From contig DHPU01000008.1 in assembly GCA_002407935.1 (NCBI GenBank), forward strand, positions 9,430 through 73,429: a stretch of DNA of 64,000 nt, read 5' to 3'. The translations under genes and the position numbers were made by a program. Shown here one piece after another: positions 1-8,860 of this stretch. The notes under the pieces were generated by a model, which saw nothing but the letters and a program-made list of their open reading frames with translations, was not told the origin of the DNA and ran no database searches. The DNA is from Peptococcaceae bacterium UBA5356. Its GTDB lineage: Bacteria; Bacillota; Peptococcia; DRI-13; DTU073. Positions within the stretch are counted from its first letter, which is position 1, and every line of letters begins with the position of its first letter.

Positions 1-2
1 AT

Positions 3-422
3 AATGCGTCACAAAGCAAGAACCCGGCGCCACAAGTTAATAATGCAATCTATAATGATAATAACTCCAATATCAAATATACGGGTTCGTGGGGGGTAGG
101 TAGCAATAAGTCCGCTTATATGGGAGATTATCGTTCTTCGAATCTGAAAGGTGACTTTTATACGATCAATTTTACAGGTAAACAGCTGAGGGCATATGGG
201 CAAAAAGATGATTGGTGTGGGAAGGCGGACATTTATGTAGATGGTGTTTTTAAAAAGACAATTGACTGTTATAGTTCCGCGGTCTCTCCCAATCAATTAT
301 TGTATGACACAGGTGTATTATCTGCCGGGAATCACACAGTAAAACTTGTCGTGTTACATCAAAAAAATGACTCGGCGCATGAATATTATATAAATGCCGA
401 TAAGTTTGAAATAACCCCTTAG
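3..422 (+). CDS. 3' end of a larger (probably secreted) protein: C-terminal beta-sandwich, carbohydrate-binding/galactose-binding-like module; 5' end outside window
   Basis: Frame 3 is open from the window edge (NASQSKNPAPQVNNAIYNDNNSNIKYTGSWG...) into the listed 120..422 ORF. The pattern IxYxGxW ... FxG ... IYVDG ... GNHTVK resembles CBM-type modules. A terminator hairpin follows. Confidence 0.45.
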   Translation, partial: NASQSKNPAPQVNNAIYNDNNSNIKYTGSWGVGSNKSAYMGDYRSSNLKGDFYTINFTGKQLRAYGQKDDWCGKADIYVDGVFKKTIDCYSSAVSPNQLLYDTGVLSAGNHTVKLVVLHQKNDSAHEYYINADKFEITP

Positions 423-460
423 CCCAATACAATAGTCGTTTTTTACAGTTTAAATAGGCA

Positions 461-505
461 AAAGGCTCCTAGGCATTGAACCTGGGGGCCTTTTATTGAT
501 TTTTC
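461..505 (+). terminator. Rho-independent terminator
   Basis: aaaggctcctagg / cctgggggccttt forms a 13-bp stem (2 G-U pairs) with loop cattgaa, followed by ttttattgattttt. Confidence 0.6.
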
Positions 506-575
506 GGTGTTGGCTGACAAAACGGCGTAGCGTTTGATAAACTAATATTCATATTAAGAGAATAAACCCTGATTT

Positions 576-806
576 TTACACCAAATCTACAGAAAAACAG
601 CCGTGATCCTTTGATATAAAGGGGGTTGCGGCCTCTCCGTCGGTAAGGGCGGTGCGGCAGTATTCTCCCAAATCCTCTTTTACTTCCAAATGCACAGCCG
701 TAATAGCGGCTCCGTTATTAGCGATCGTGATTTCCCCGATTTTTGTTTCATAAACGTAGTATGTATTTTGGCGTATCAGTGCTGTATTATTTGGATGTTT
801 TTTCAT
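576..806 (-). pseudogene. Truncated methylated-DNA-protein-cysteine methyltransferase (Ogt/MGMT): N-terminal domain only
   Basis: YYVYETKIGEITIANNGAAITAVHL matches the N-terminal domain pattern of Ogt/Ada-C proteins (YY..ETPLGEL.I......I..L.L). The ORF stops at 76 aa, no PCHRV active-site domain follows, and there is no room for one before the neighbouring gene. Confidence 0.4.
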
Positions 807-905
807 AATCTCACCGCCTGTTTTGTCAAATCAATATTTATTTTATATAAGTATCATAATCTATCGGGGCTATTGCAGACAACTCCCTAATACGTAGGAA
901 AATGA

Positions 906-937
906 ATACAAAAAAGATAGGGAAGAATCCCTATCTT
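906..937 (-). terminator. Rho-independent terminator of the L,D-transpeptidase gene (overlaps its stop codon)
   Basis: On the minus strand, aagataggga-ttct-tccctatctt is followed by tttttt. Confidence 0.6.
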
Positions 938-1566
938 TGGATGATTACCGGTGTACCTATTGAGACATAGTCATAAATTTCTTCTGCGTCTTTATTACTA
1001 AGCCCAACGCAACCCCAAGTCCAATTACTACCAAATTCCGGTACACTGCCTCCGTGTATCCCTACTCCACCTCCGAGAGCAGTATGTTGAGGCGGCGCTT
1101 TTTTCTGGTTAAATGCTGTAACAATCTTATTATATGTTACTTTGTCAATTAAGCCGGTTTTAAGACCGCGCCTGCCATCTTCAATGTTGGGATAACTCAG
1201 CCTCATCCAACGTGAGCCAAGGTATTCGTCGGCCGGTGATAACACAGATTTTTCACAAACATAAAAAGTTCCTTCCGGAGTTTTATGATCACCGGAAATC
1301 TTTTTATCACCCATTCCACTGTCGCCAAACTCGGCATGGTATGTTTTAATCGGTTGGCCATCCAGCATAATAGTAAGAAGCTGCTCAGATTTATCCACGA
1401 AGATGGTTAATTTATTTTTATTTAATGTTTTAGAAGCGGGGATAGTAGCAGCTATTAATTCCTGGCGAGGAAGGGAAGCTTGGCTCAAGAAGAGAGTTAT
1501 TAACAGAATGACGGTAAATAAAAATATAATTTTACGTTTATCCTTTTTACGCTTGTCCTTTTTCAT
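931..1566 (-). CDS. L,D-transpeptidase (YkuD-domain) with N-terminal membrane anchor/signal
   Basis: Catalytic-domain motif GIHGG...WTWGCVGLSN (His ... Ser/Thr-x-Gly-Cys). Lys-rich N-terminus followed by a hydrophobic helix. Confidence 0.85.
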   Translation of the reverse strand: MKKDKRKKDKRKIIFLFTVILLITLFLSQASLPRQELIAATIPASKTLNKNKLTIFVDKSEQLLTIMLDGQPIKTYHAEFGDSGMGDKKISGDHKTPEGTFYVCEKSVLSPADEYLGSRWMRLSYPNIEDGRRGLKTGLIDKVTYNKIVTAFNQKKAPPQHTALGGGVGIHGGSVPEFGSNWTWGCVGLSNKDAEEIYDYVSIGTPVIIQR

Positions 1567-1660
1567 AAAAACCTTCGACCCCTTTCTTTACTATTTCGAT
1601 AATGTTTAACAACACTTAAATAGTTTAACATAAATTAGATTAGGCTTGTTCCGGTAATGT

Positions 1661-1689
1661 TTGACTTCTCGGGGTATTTTATATATAAT
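1661..1689 (+). promoter_or_regulatory. Sigma-A type promoter for the leuS leader
   Basis: TTGACT-N17-TATAAT (1661-1666 / 1684-1689), a near-consensus spacing and sequence. Confidence 0.6.
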
Positions 1690-1720
1690 TTTTATGTCAT
1701 AATTAATAAAAATGATAATA

Positions 1721-1962
1721 GCGATGAGAGGATTCAGTAAATCAGCGTGATATTGCAGAGAGCTGTCGGAAGGTGCGAGACGGCATATTTCTGATTGAAC
1801 TCGTCCTGGAGCAAATAGGGATTATTTAGAAGTAATCCTGATCGGGAGGAACCCCGTTATCAGCTAGCAAGTGGATAATTTGGTGTTTCCAAATTATCAA
1901 TAAGGGTGGTACCGCGAGAATAACCTCTCGTCCCTTTCAGGGGAATGAGGTTATTTTTTTTA
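1721..1962 (+). promoter_or_regulatory. T-box riboswitch leader (tRNA-Leu responsive) with terminator/antiterminator
   Basis: GA/K-turn motif gcgatgag, AGAGA box (~1757) and distal-loop ggtgcgaga. Candidate specifier CUC (Leu) at 1800-1802, preceded by GAA and followed by a purine. T-box core aagggtggtaccgcg (~1902-1916). Terminator aataacctc...gaggttatt plus a T-run (1918-1962). Lies directly upstream of leuS. Confidence 0.9.
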
Positions 1963-2027
1963 ATGTGAAAAGCTTATGAAGTTGAGTATGATGATTGTTG
2001 ATAAGATTAAGTTAGGAGGAAAGCGCA

Positions 2028-4526
2028 GTGCAGGAAAAATACAATTTCAAAGAAATTGAAAAAAAGTGGCAGGACAAATGGGAAAGCAGTTCATTGAATA
2101 GCGTTAAGGAAGATTTACAAAAAGAAAAATATTACTGCTTGGAAATGTTCCCGTATCCCTCCGGAAACTTGCATATGGGTCATGTACGAAACTATTCTAT
2201 TGGTGATGTGGTAGCCCGTTTTAAGATGATGAGAGGATTTAATGTTCTTCATCCCATGGGTTGGGATTCTTTTGGGCTTCCGGCGGAAAATGCCGCTATT
2301 AAAAATAAAATTCCTCCGGCTACATGGACCATGGATAATATTCAAAACATGAAAGATCAACTGAAATCTATGGGGATTAGTTATGACTGGGAAAGAGAGT
2401 TTACAACATCGCTCCCTGATTATTATAAATGGACCCAATGGCTTTTCCTGCAATTTTACGAACATGGTTTGGCTTATAAGAAAAAAGGGCATGTTAATTG
2501 GTGCCCGGATTGTGCTACGGTTTTAGCAAATGAACAGGTAGTTAACGGGGCTTGTGAACGGTGTGACACGCCCGTAGAAAAGAAGGCGTTAGATCAATGG
2601 TATTTCCGGATAACCGATTATGCACAGGAGCTTTTGGATAGTTTGGAGGATTTGCCCGGTTGGCCGGATAAGGTTAAGACGATGCAGGAAAACTGGATTG
2701 GACGCAGCGAAGGGGCCGAGATATATTTTACGGAGGAAACGACCGGAGAAAGAATTCGTGTTTATACCACACGTCCGGATACGGCTTTTGGGGTGACTTA
2801 TGTCGTGTTGGCACCGGAACATCCGATGGTGGAGAGATTTATTGAAGGTACCGAATATCAACAACCGGTGAGGGATTTTGTGAAAAAAGTACAACAAATG
2901 AGTGAAATTGTTCGTACTTCAGCGGAAACAGAAAAAGAAGGGATGTTTATCGGGGCCTATGTTCTAAATCCGGTAAATCAAGAAAAAATACCTGTTTGGG
3001 TAGCTAATTATGTTTTATATGAATATGGTACAGGTGCGGTCATGGGTGTACCGGCACATGATGAAAGGGATTTTATGTTTGCCCGGAAATATCAGCTCCC
3101 GATTCGTTTGGTTATTCAGCCGTTTGACACTGAAATTACTGAGGATACGGAGGTTAATCCGCAAGAAATAACGGAAGCTTACGTCGGAGAGGGAATAATG
3201 GTTAATTCCGGATCCTTTAACGGCCTTACTAATCAAGAGGGTTTACGTAAGATCCCTGAATATCTGGAAAAGATACGCGCAGGCAAAATGAAGGTAAATT
3301 ATCGCTTGCGAGATTGGCTTATTTCTCGTCAACGTTACTGGGGAGCGCCTATTCCGATCGTTTATTGTGAAAAGTGTGGAGCTCAAGCGGTGTCGGAAAA
3401 AGAATTACCGGTAATTCTTCCGTTGGATGTAGAGTTTCGCCCTACTGGGGAATCGCCCCTTAACCATATTGCGGAATTTCTGCATACCGAGTGCCCTAAG
3501 TGTGGCGGGCCAGCTAGAAGAGAAACAGATACGATGGATACCTTTGTTTGTTCTTCCTGGTATTTTTTACGCTATACTGATTCTCAAAATGCAGAGGAAG
3601 CTTTTAAGCGGGAGAAAGCAGATTATTGGATGAATGTCGATCAATATATTGGTGGCGTAGAACATGCGATTCTGCATTTAATGTATGCTCGTTTCTTTAC
3701 GAAGGCGTTAGCGGATTTTGGCTTATTGGCAGCAAGGGAACCTTTTCAAAATTTGTTAACACAGGGCATGGTGCTGAAAGAAGGCACGAAGATGTCTAAA
3801 TCCAAAGGCAATGTAGTTAGTCCTGAGGAAATTATTAAGCAATATGGAGCGGATACGGCTCGCCTCTTTATCCTTTTTGCTGCACCGCCGGAAAGAGATT
3901 TGGAATGGAGCGACCAGGGCGTAGAAGGTTGTTATCGGTTCATTAACCGGGTGTGGCGTCTCGTCTATAGTTATAAAGAGGAGCTAAATAATAACAGTGC
4001 TTCTTTTCTTGATACAGCTGTGTCTTCAGAAGAAGACAAAAATTTAAAGCGGCTTTTGCATGGCACGATTAAGAAAGTGACAGAGGATTTGGATCTTCGC
4101 TTTAACTTTAATACGGCCATAAGTGCGATTATGGAGCTGGTTAATGGTCTTTATCATTACCGGGAAAAGAAGCCACAGAATAAAAACCTCTTACAGGAAA
4201 GTATGGAGGCACTCATTGTACTTTTAGCACCTTTTGCCCCACATCTTAGTGAAGAACTTTGGGAGGTTATCGGTCATACGGAAAGCGTTCATTTTCAGTC
4301 TTGGCCTAAATATAATGAAGAAGCTTTAAAGGTTGAGAAAGTGGAAATCGTTTTACAGATTAACGGAAAAGTAAGAGAACGTCTGATTGTTCCTGCTGCG
4401 ATAGATCGTGTAGCATTAGAAAAGATGGCCTTGTCCACGGAAAAGGCTAAAGCAGCTATGGCAGATAAGCAGATTGTTAAAGTTATCACTATCCCGGATA
4501 AATTAGTTAATATTGTTTTAAAATAA
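2028..4526 (+). CDS. leuS: Leucyl-tRNA synthetase
   Basis: Class I aaRS HIGH motif ([13 protein letters not shown]) and KMSKS motif (TKMSKSKGN). Length 832 aa, GTG start, T-box(Leu) upstream. Confidence 0.98.
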   Translation: MQEKYNFKEIEKKWQDKWESSSLNSVKEDLQKEKYYCLEMFPYPSGNLHMGHVRNYSIGDVVARFKMMRGFNVLHPMGWDSFGLPAENAAIKNKIPPATWTMDNIQNMKDQLKSMGISYDWEREFTTSLPDYYKWTQWLFLQFYEHGLAYKKKGHVNWCPDCATVLANEQVVNGACERCDTPVEKKALDQWYFRITDYAQELLDSLEDLPGWPDKVKTMQENWIGRSEGAEIYFTEETTGERIRVYTTRPDTAFGVTYVVLAPEHPMVERFIEGTEYQQPVRDFVKKVQQMSEIVRTSAETEKEGMFIGAYVLNPVNQEKIPVWVANYVLYEYGTGAVMGVPAHDERDFMFARKYQLPIRLVIQPFDTEITEDTEVNPQEITEAYVGEGIMVNSGSFNGLTNQEGLRKIPEYLEKIRAGKMKVNYRLRDWLISRQRYWGAPIPIVYCEKCGAQAVSEKELPVILPLDVEFRPTGESPLNHIAEFLHTECPKCGGPARRETDTMDTFVCSSWYFLRYTDSQNAEEAFKREKADYWMNVDQYIGGVEHAILHLMYARFFTKALADFGLLAAREPFQNLLTQGMVLKEGTKMSKSKGNVVSPEEIIKQYGADTARLFILFAAPPERDLEWSDQGVEGCYRFINRVWRLVYSYKEELNNNSASFLDTAVSSEEDKNLKRLLHGTIKKVTEDLDLRFNFNTAISAIMELVNGLYHYREKKPQNKNLLQESMEALIVLLAPFAPHLSEELWEVIGHTESVHFQSWPKYNEEALKVEKVEIVLQINGKVRERLIVPAAIDRVALEKMALSTEKAKAAMADKQIVKVITIPDKLVNIVLK

Positions 4527-4578
4527 GTAAGCCTACAGGAAGATAGTGTGGAAATCTAAAACAAAGGCGGGATTAAAA

Positions 4579-5256
4579 ATGAAAAAAGTCTATGAGGGTA
4601 AGACGAAAACAGTTTATGAGGCTGAAGATGGGAACTATCTATTGTTGTTTAAAGATGACGTCACAGGAGACGGGGATATCGTTGATCCCGGTGGAAATAC
4701 GGTAGTAGGTAGAGTAGAAGGTAAGGGCAATGCCTCTTTAAGGATGTCCAGATATTTCTTTGAGATATTGCAAGATGCCGGAATCCCTACTCACTATGTC
4801 GAGGCCAATTTAGATAATAATACGATGCTTGTGAAGAAAGCGGAGCACTTTGGTAGTGGTTTAGAGTTTGTATGCAGGCTGCAGGCTACCGGTAGCTTTA
4901 TTCGTAGATATGGGAAGTATGCTCAGGAAGGTCAGCCGCTGGATTATTTAGTAGAGATTACTTTAAAGGATGATTTAAGAGGAGATCCTTTAGTTAATGA
5001 TGAAACTTTAGTTCAGCTTAACTTGATGACTGCTGAGGAAATAAATAATGTGAAGAAAACAACGAAGGATATTACGCGGTTAATTAAGAAGAAGTATGAT
5101 GAATTAGGATTAGAATTGATTGATATTAAACTGGAGTTTGGCAGGGTTGAGGGAAAGATTGCGCTGATCGACGAAATATCCGGGGATAACATGAGGGTTA
5201 AACAGGATGATAGAATCCTGCTGCAAAAGAAACTTTGCGAAATAGTTTGTGGTTAA
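4579..5256 (+). CDS. purC: SAICAR synthetase family protein (PurC-like, divergent, stand-alone)
   Basis: MKKVYEGKTKTVYE start, KDD.TG....I.GKG, LEFVCR, KDDLRGDPLV and IDIKLEFG....LIDEIS match the PurC pattern. The ATG at 4579 is preferred over the 4546 start in the ORF track. Confidence 0.7.
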   Translation: MKKVYEGKTKTVYEAEDGNYLLLFKDDVTGDGDIVDPGGNTVVGRVEGKGNASLRMSRYFFEILQDAGIPTHYVEANLDNNTMLVKKAEHFGSGLEFVCRLQATGSFIRRYGKYAQEGQPLDYLVEITLKDDLRGDPLVNDETLVQLNLMTAEEINNVKKTTKDITRLIKKKYDELGLELIDIKLEFGRVEGKIALIDEISGDNMRVKQDDRILLQKKLCEIVCG

Positions 5257-5285
5257 GGCTAACGGCACTTGCGGAATTATTTAAG

Positions 5286-5987
5286 ATGGGATGTGATAAA
5301 AAAATGCTGTTCAAGGGTGTAGTTTTTGATTTGGATGGGACATTACTTAATTCGCTGGAGGATTTAGCCGATTCTACTAATACGGTATTGGCAAGGCTCG
5401 GGTTCCCTTGTCATGAGCTGGAAAAGTATAATTATTTTGTAGGGGACGGGATGTTTAATCTGCTGCGCAGGGCTTTACCTGCCGAGCGGCAAGAGGATAA
5501 TGATTTTATTAAAAAATGTGTGGTAGCAATGAAGGAAGAGTACAGTAAACATTGGAGTGATAAAACCAGACCTTATCATGGAGTTATGGATTTGCTTCGG
5601 ATATTACGGAAAAAAGAGTTGAAACTGGCCGTCTTATCTAATAAGCCGCATGAATTTACGCAGGTGGTAGTTGAAAAGTATTTTCCCGGGCATTTTGATC
5701 TGGCTTTCGGAGAAAGATCCGGTATTCCAAGAAAACCGGATCCGCAAGGGGCGTTAGCTATAGCTGAGGCTATGCAGCTTACGCCTGCCGAGTTCTTGTA
5801 TCTGGGAGATACCAATACGGATATGCGGACGGCCGTTGCCGCCGGCATGTTTCCGGTTGGGGTGCTTTGGGGTTTTCGATCGGCAGAAGAGATCTTGGCC
5901 GCCGGAGCCAAGGTCTTAATTGAGCATCCGTCGGAACTGCTGAAATCATTAAACTACCCTTCCTTCCAAGGACATTGTACGACTTGA
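5286..5987 (+). CDS. HAD-superfamily hydrolase (phosphoglycolate phosphatase-like)
   Basis: HAD motif I VVFDLDGTLLNS, motif II LSNK, motif IV YLGDTNTDM. The start is ambiguous: 5235 TTG, 5286 ATG or 5304 ATG (the last giving MLFKGVVFDLDGT). Confidence 0.85.
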   Translation: MGCDKKMLFKGVVFDLDGTLLNSLEDLADSTNTVLARLGFPCHELEKYNYFVGDGMFNLLRRALPAERQEDNDFIKKCVVAMKEEYSKHWSDKTRPYHGVMDLLRILRKKELKLAVLSNKPHEFTQVVVEKYFPGHFDLAFGERSGIPRKPDPQGALAIAEAMQLTPAEFLYLGDTNTDMRTAVAAGMFPVGVLWGFRSAEEILAAGAKVLIEHPSELLKSLNYPSFQGHCTT

Positions 5988-6051
5988 CAGGATAACAAAA
6001 ATCGGCTAAACTAAAATCATAATTTTGGTTAGACACACAGGAGAGATAACG

Positions 6052-7305
6052 ATGTATATACCACGGGCGGCAGAAAACACCGTAATAAAAATCGCGGAGA
6101 CCTTCCCCGTTTTGTTGGTGACCGGTCCCCGTCAGGTCGGCAAGTCCACTATGCTGGAGAAGTTGTCTGACGGGAAAAGGAGGATTGTCACTTTGGATGA
6201 CCCTGACGTGCGGTTGTTGGCAAAGCGCGACCCGGCGTTGTTCATGCAACGGTACACGCCTCCCGTGCTGATTGACGAGATTCAGTATGCGCCGGAGTTG
6301 CTTCCGTACATCAAGATGGCAGTAGACCGTTCAAAGCGGAATGGTGATTATTGGCTGACTGGTTCTCAGGCGTTCCGATTGATGAAGGATGTCAGCGAAT
6401 CGCTGGCCGGTAGAGTGGGCATCGTGAATCTGCTTGGCTTGTCTTCCAGTGAGATCAACGGCGTATCTTCTGAGATCTTTTCAACGAACCCTTCCGGACT
6501 GATGAAACGCCTTAATGAAGTACCTAGGCAGGGCCTTAACGATGTGTATGCAAGGATTTTCAAGGGCTCCATGCCGCGTTTGTACGCGGATGAAAACGTC
6601 GCGTGGGAAACCTTCTATCGTTCCTATGTGGAGACCTATTTGCAGCGGGACATCCGCGATCTGTCGCAAGTCGCTGATGAAATGGCATTTTTCAGTTTTA
6701 TGACCATAGTGGCCGCAAGAACCGCAAAGCCCATTGTCTATGAGGAAATCGCCAACGAAGCAGGAATCAGCGCACCGACGGCCAAAAAGTGGCTGTCGAT
6801 CTTGGCCTCCTCTCACATCATAGCAATTGTTCAGCCATATCACAACAACGTCCTCAAGCGCGTAACTAAGATGCCGCTGCTCCATTTTCTAGATACCGGT
6901 CTTTGTGCTTATCTCCTGAAATGGGGCAACCCGGAGGCACTGGAAAAAGGCGCAATGTCTGGTGCATTCTTTGAAAGCCATGTGTTTTCGGAGATTTATA
7001 AGAGCTTTCTGAATGCCGGCAAAGAGCCGCCGCTCTTCTATTACCGGGACAAAGATCAAAAGGAAATCGACCTGCTTATATACGAAAACGCTACTCTCTA
7101 TCCTGTTGAAGTGAAGAAAGCGGCCTCCCCGGGAAAAGAGGCTATCAAGCACTTCAATGTCCTTGAACCGGTTAAGGAACCGGAAAAAATTGGGGAGCTT
7201 AATCAATTCAAAATCGACATAGGAACCGGAGCCGTGATCTGTATGGCGGACGATTTACTCCCGCTAGATAGAAAGAATTGGTATGTCCCCGTGTGGCTCA
7301 TATAA
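6052..7305 (+). CDS. AAA+ superfamily ATPase (COG1373-type, AAA_14 + DUF4143 architecture)
   Basis: Walker A LVTGPRQVGKST and Walker B-like PVLIDEIQY; the C-terminal half resembles DUF4143. RBS ggagag lies before the ATG at 6052. GC content is clearly higher than in both flanks. Confidence 0.75.
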   Translation: MYIPRAAENTVIKIAETFPVLLVTGPRQVGKSTMLEKLSDGKRRIVTLDDPDVRLLAKRDPALFMQRYTPPVLIDEIQYAPELLPYIKMAVDRSKRNGDYWLTGSQAFRLMKDVSESLAGRVGIVNLLGLSSSEINGVSSEIFSTNPSGLMKRLNEVPRQGLNDVYARIFKGSMPRLYADENVAWETFYRSYVETYLQRDIRDLSQVADEMAFFSFMTIVAARTAKPIVYEEIANEAGISAPTAKKWLSILASSHIIAIVQPYHNNVLKRVTKMPLLHFLDTGLCAYLLKWGNPEALEKGAMSGAFFESHVFSEIYKSFLNAGKEPPLFYYRDKDQKEIDLLIYENATLYPVEVKKAASPGKEAIKHFNVLEPVKEPEKIGELNQFKIDIGTGAVICMADDLLPLDRKNWYVPVWLI

Positions 7306-7348
7306 GCAATATCAAGGCACTTTCACCACGTAATTTTAGTACGGCCAG

Positions 7349-7960
7349 TCAAGATTCCGGTGCAGATACCGCCAGACTGGTTTTAAGCAGGGTGCAAAAT
7401 TCGTCAAGGGATTGTTCAAGATTATCAAAATTATGGTTGTAGTTTTCTGCTGCTGTATTTGCTGTTGTTTTTGTTGTAATGGCAAAAAGCAGTTCATTTA
7501 AAAAACCGGAAATAAAGAGAGAGATGTTTTGGGTATTGCAGGGGCGAATTTTTTTCTCGTCAATGCCTTGCTGTAAAATGGCGGAGATAATTAAGGAAAG
7601 CTGTGAGAAGTTAGCGAGGGAAGTGAGGCCATAACGATGAGCGTTCATTCTTTCCGCAAGGAGAATTATCGCAATGTCCGGTTCTTTTTGGAATTCTTGG
7701 AGATGAAAGTTGAGAATCCCGTTTATTTTTAAAAACCAGTCCATGCGCCAGTTCTTCATGTTTTGGTAAAAGGCAGCTCTTTTTTCAAATTCTACGGCAA
7801 AGATATAGTCGAGGATTTCTTCTTTGGAAGTAAAATAATTATAAAGGGTACCTACAGCTACTTTCGCTTCTTTGGCAATTTTATCCGTAGTAGCATTAAA
7901 GAAGCCATCGCGGGCGATTATTTTAATGGCCGCTTCTCTGATTTGTTCTTTTTTAGGCAT
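7349..7960 (-). CDS. TetR/AcrR family transcriptional regulator
   Basis: N-terminal HTH: IREAAIKIIARDGFFNATTDKIAKEAKVAVGTLYNYFTSKEEIL. Confidence 0.9.
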   Translation of the reverse strand: MPKKEQIREAAIKIIARDGFFNATTDKIAKEAKVAVGTLYNYFTSKEEILDYIFAVEFEKRAAFYQNMKNWRMDWFLKINGILNFHLQEFQKEPDIAIILLAERMNAHRYGLTSLANFSQLSLIISAILQQGIDEKKIRPCNTQNISLFISGFLNELLFAITTKTTANTAAENYNHNFDNLEQSLDEFCTLLKTSLAVSAPES

Positions 7961-8130
7961 AATTTCCTCCTGAGTGAGTAATCATTCATCAAGTAATTAT
8001 CCTTATAATAGAGCAAAACTTTGGTTAACGTCAAGTAAAAAATAAAGATTATATAAAAAAAGGAAAATCATGCAGGATAATCTAATTAAAGAGCGAATTA
8101 TGAAAATATATTAAATTTAGTTAGGACGGT

Positions 8131-8850
8131 TTGAAGATGGAGCGAGTACCTGTAAGAGTGCAGATTATTGTGGCGGGATGTGTAGCAATTCTTCTTTTTT
8201 TTGGCGGGGTTAAATACAAAGAGATGCGGCTGAATCATTTGAACGCTGAGGTGGATGTAGTAGGGGCAGCCGCTGGCTCAGGTTCTTTTTCTCAAGGAGA
8301 AGAAGCGAGTTCCCCAAAGGATTTGGTTGTACATGTGGTGGGGGCGGTGGAGAAGCCCGGGATTTATTGTTTTAAAGAAGGTGACAGGGTGAATGAGGCT
8401 GTTCAACAGGCCGTACCTTTGGCTAAAGCTGATTTGAGTCAGTTAAATTTGGCCTTGCCGCTGCAGGATGGTAAACAAATCGACGTACCTTTTCAGGATA
8501 CGGGCAAGACAATAACGAACCAGAAAATAACCAGCAGTAAGAAAACAGAAAAACAGAAAACGGTAAATCAAAAAACAACTGATCAGAAAACAACAGAGAG
8601 CAGTTTTGCGCATAGCACAGCTGCTGATCAAATAGGGCAAACAGTCACCACAAATGGGAAAATCAACCTCAATACGGCGAATAAAGATGAGTTGATGAAG
8701 CTTTCTGGAATTGGACCGGCGCTGGCTGGTAGAATTATTGATTATCGTGAAAAGGAAGGGCCTTTCTCCACCATCGAGGATCTTACGAAGGTTTCGGGGA
8801 TAGGGACAGCCACTTTAGCTAAATTTAAAGAAAAAATTACGGTGGAGTGA
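8131..8850 (+). CDS. comEA: Competence protein ComEA (SLBB + tandem helix-hairpin-helix DNA-binding)
   Basis: C-terminal INLNTANKDELMKLSGIGPALAGRIIDYREKEGPFSTIEDLTKVSGIG; N-terminal TM helix; sits upstream of comEC. Confidence 0.9.
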   Translation: MKMERVPVRVQIIVAGCVAILLFFGGVKYKEMRLNHLNAEVDVVGAAAGSGSFSQGEEASSPKDLVVHVVGAVEKPGIYCFKEGDRVNEAVQQAVPLAKADLSQLNLALPLQDGKQIDVPFQDTGKTITNQKITSSKKTEKQKTVNQKTTDQKTTESSFAHSTAADQIGQTVTTNGKINLNTANKDELMKLSGIGPALAGRIIDYREKEGPFSTIEDLTKVSGIGTATLAKFKEKITVE

Positions 8851-8860
8851 AGGAAGAAAA

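Noticed and set aside
5779-6249. 156-aa minus-strand ORF spanning the HAD/ATPase junction, and other antisense ORFs (6366-6885, 6889-7206)
   Set aside because: They are antisense to well-supported genes. Long open antisense frames are expected in the locally GC-rich ATPase gene.
7975-7988. Imperfect palindrome tgagtaatcattca just upstream of the TetR gene, as a possible operator
   Set aside because: Only 10 of 14 positions are self-complementary, and it overlaps the RBS region. The evidence is too weak to annotate.
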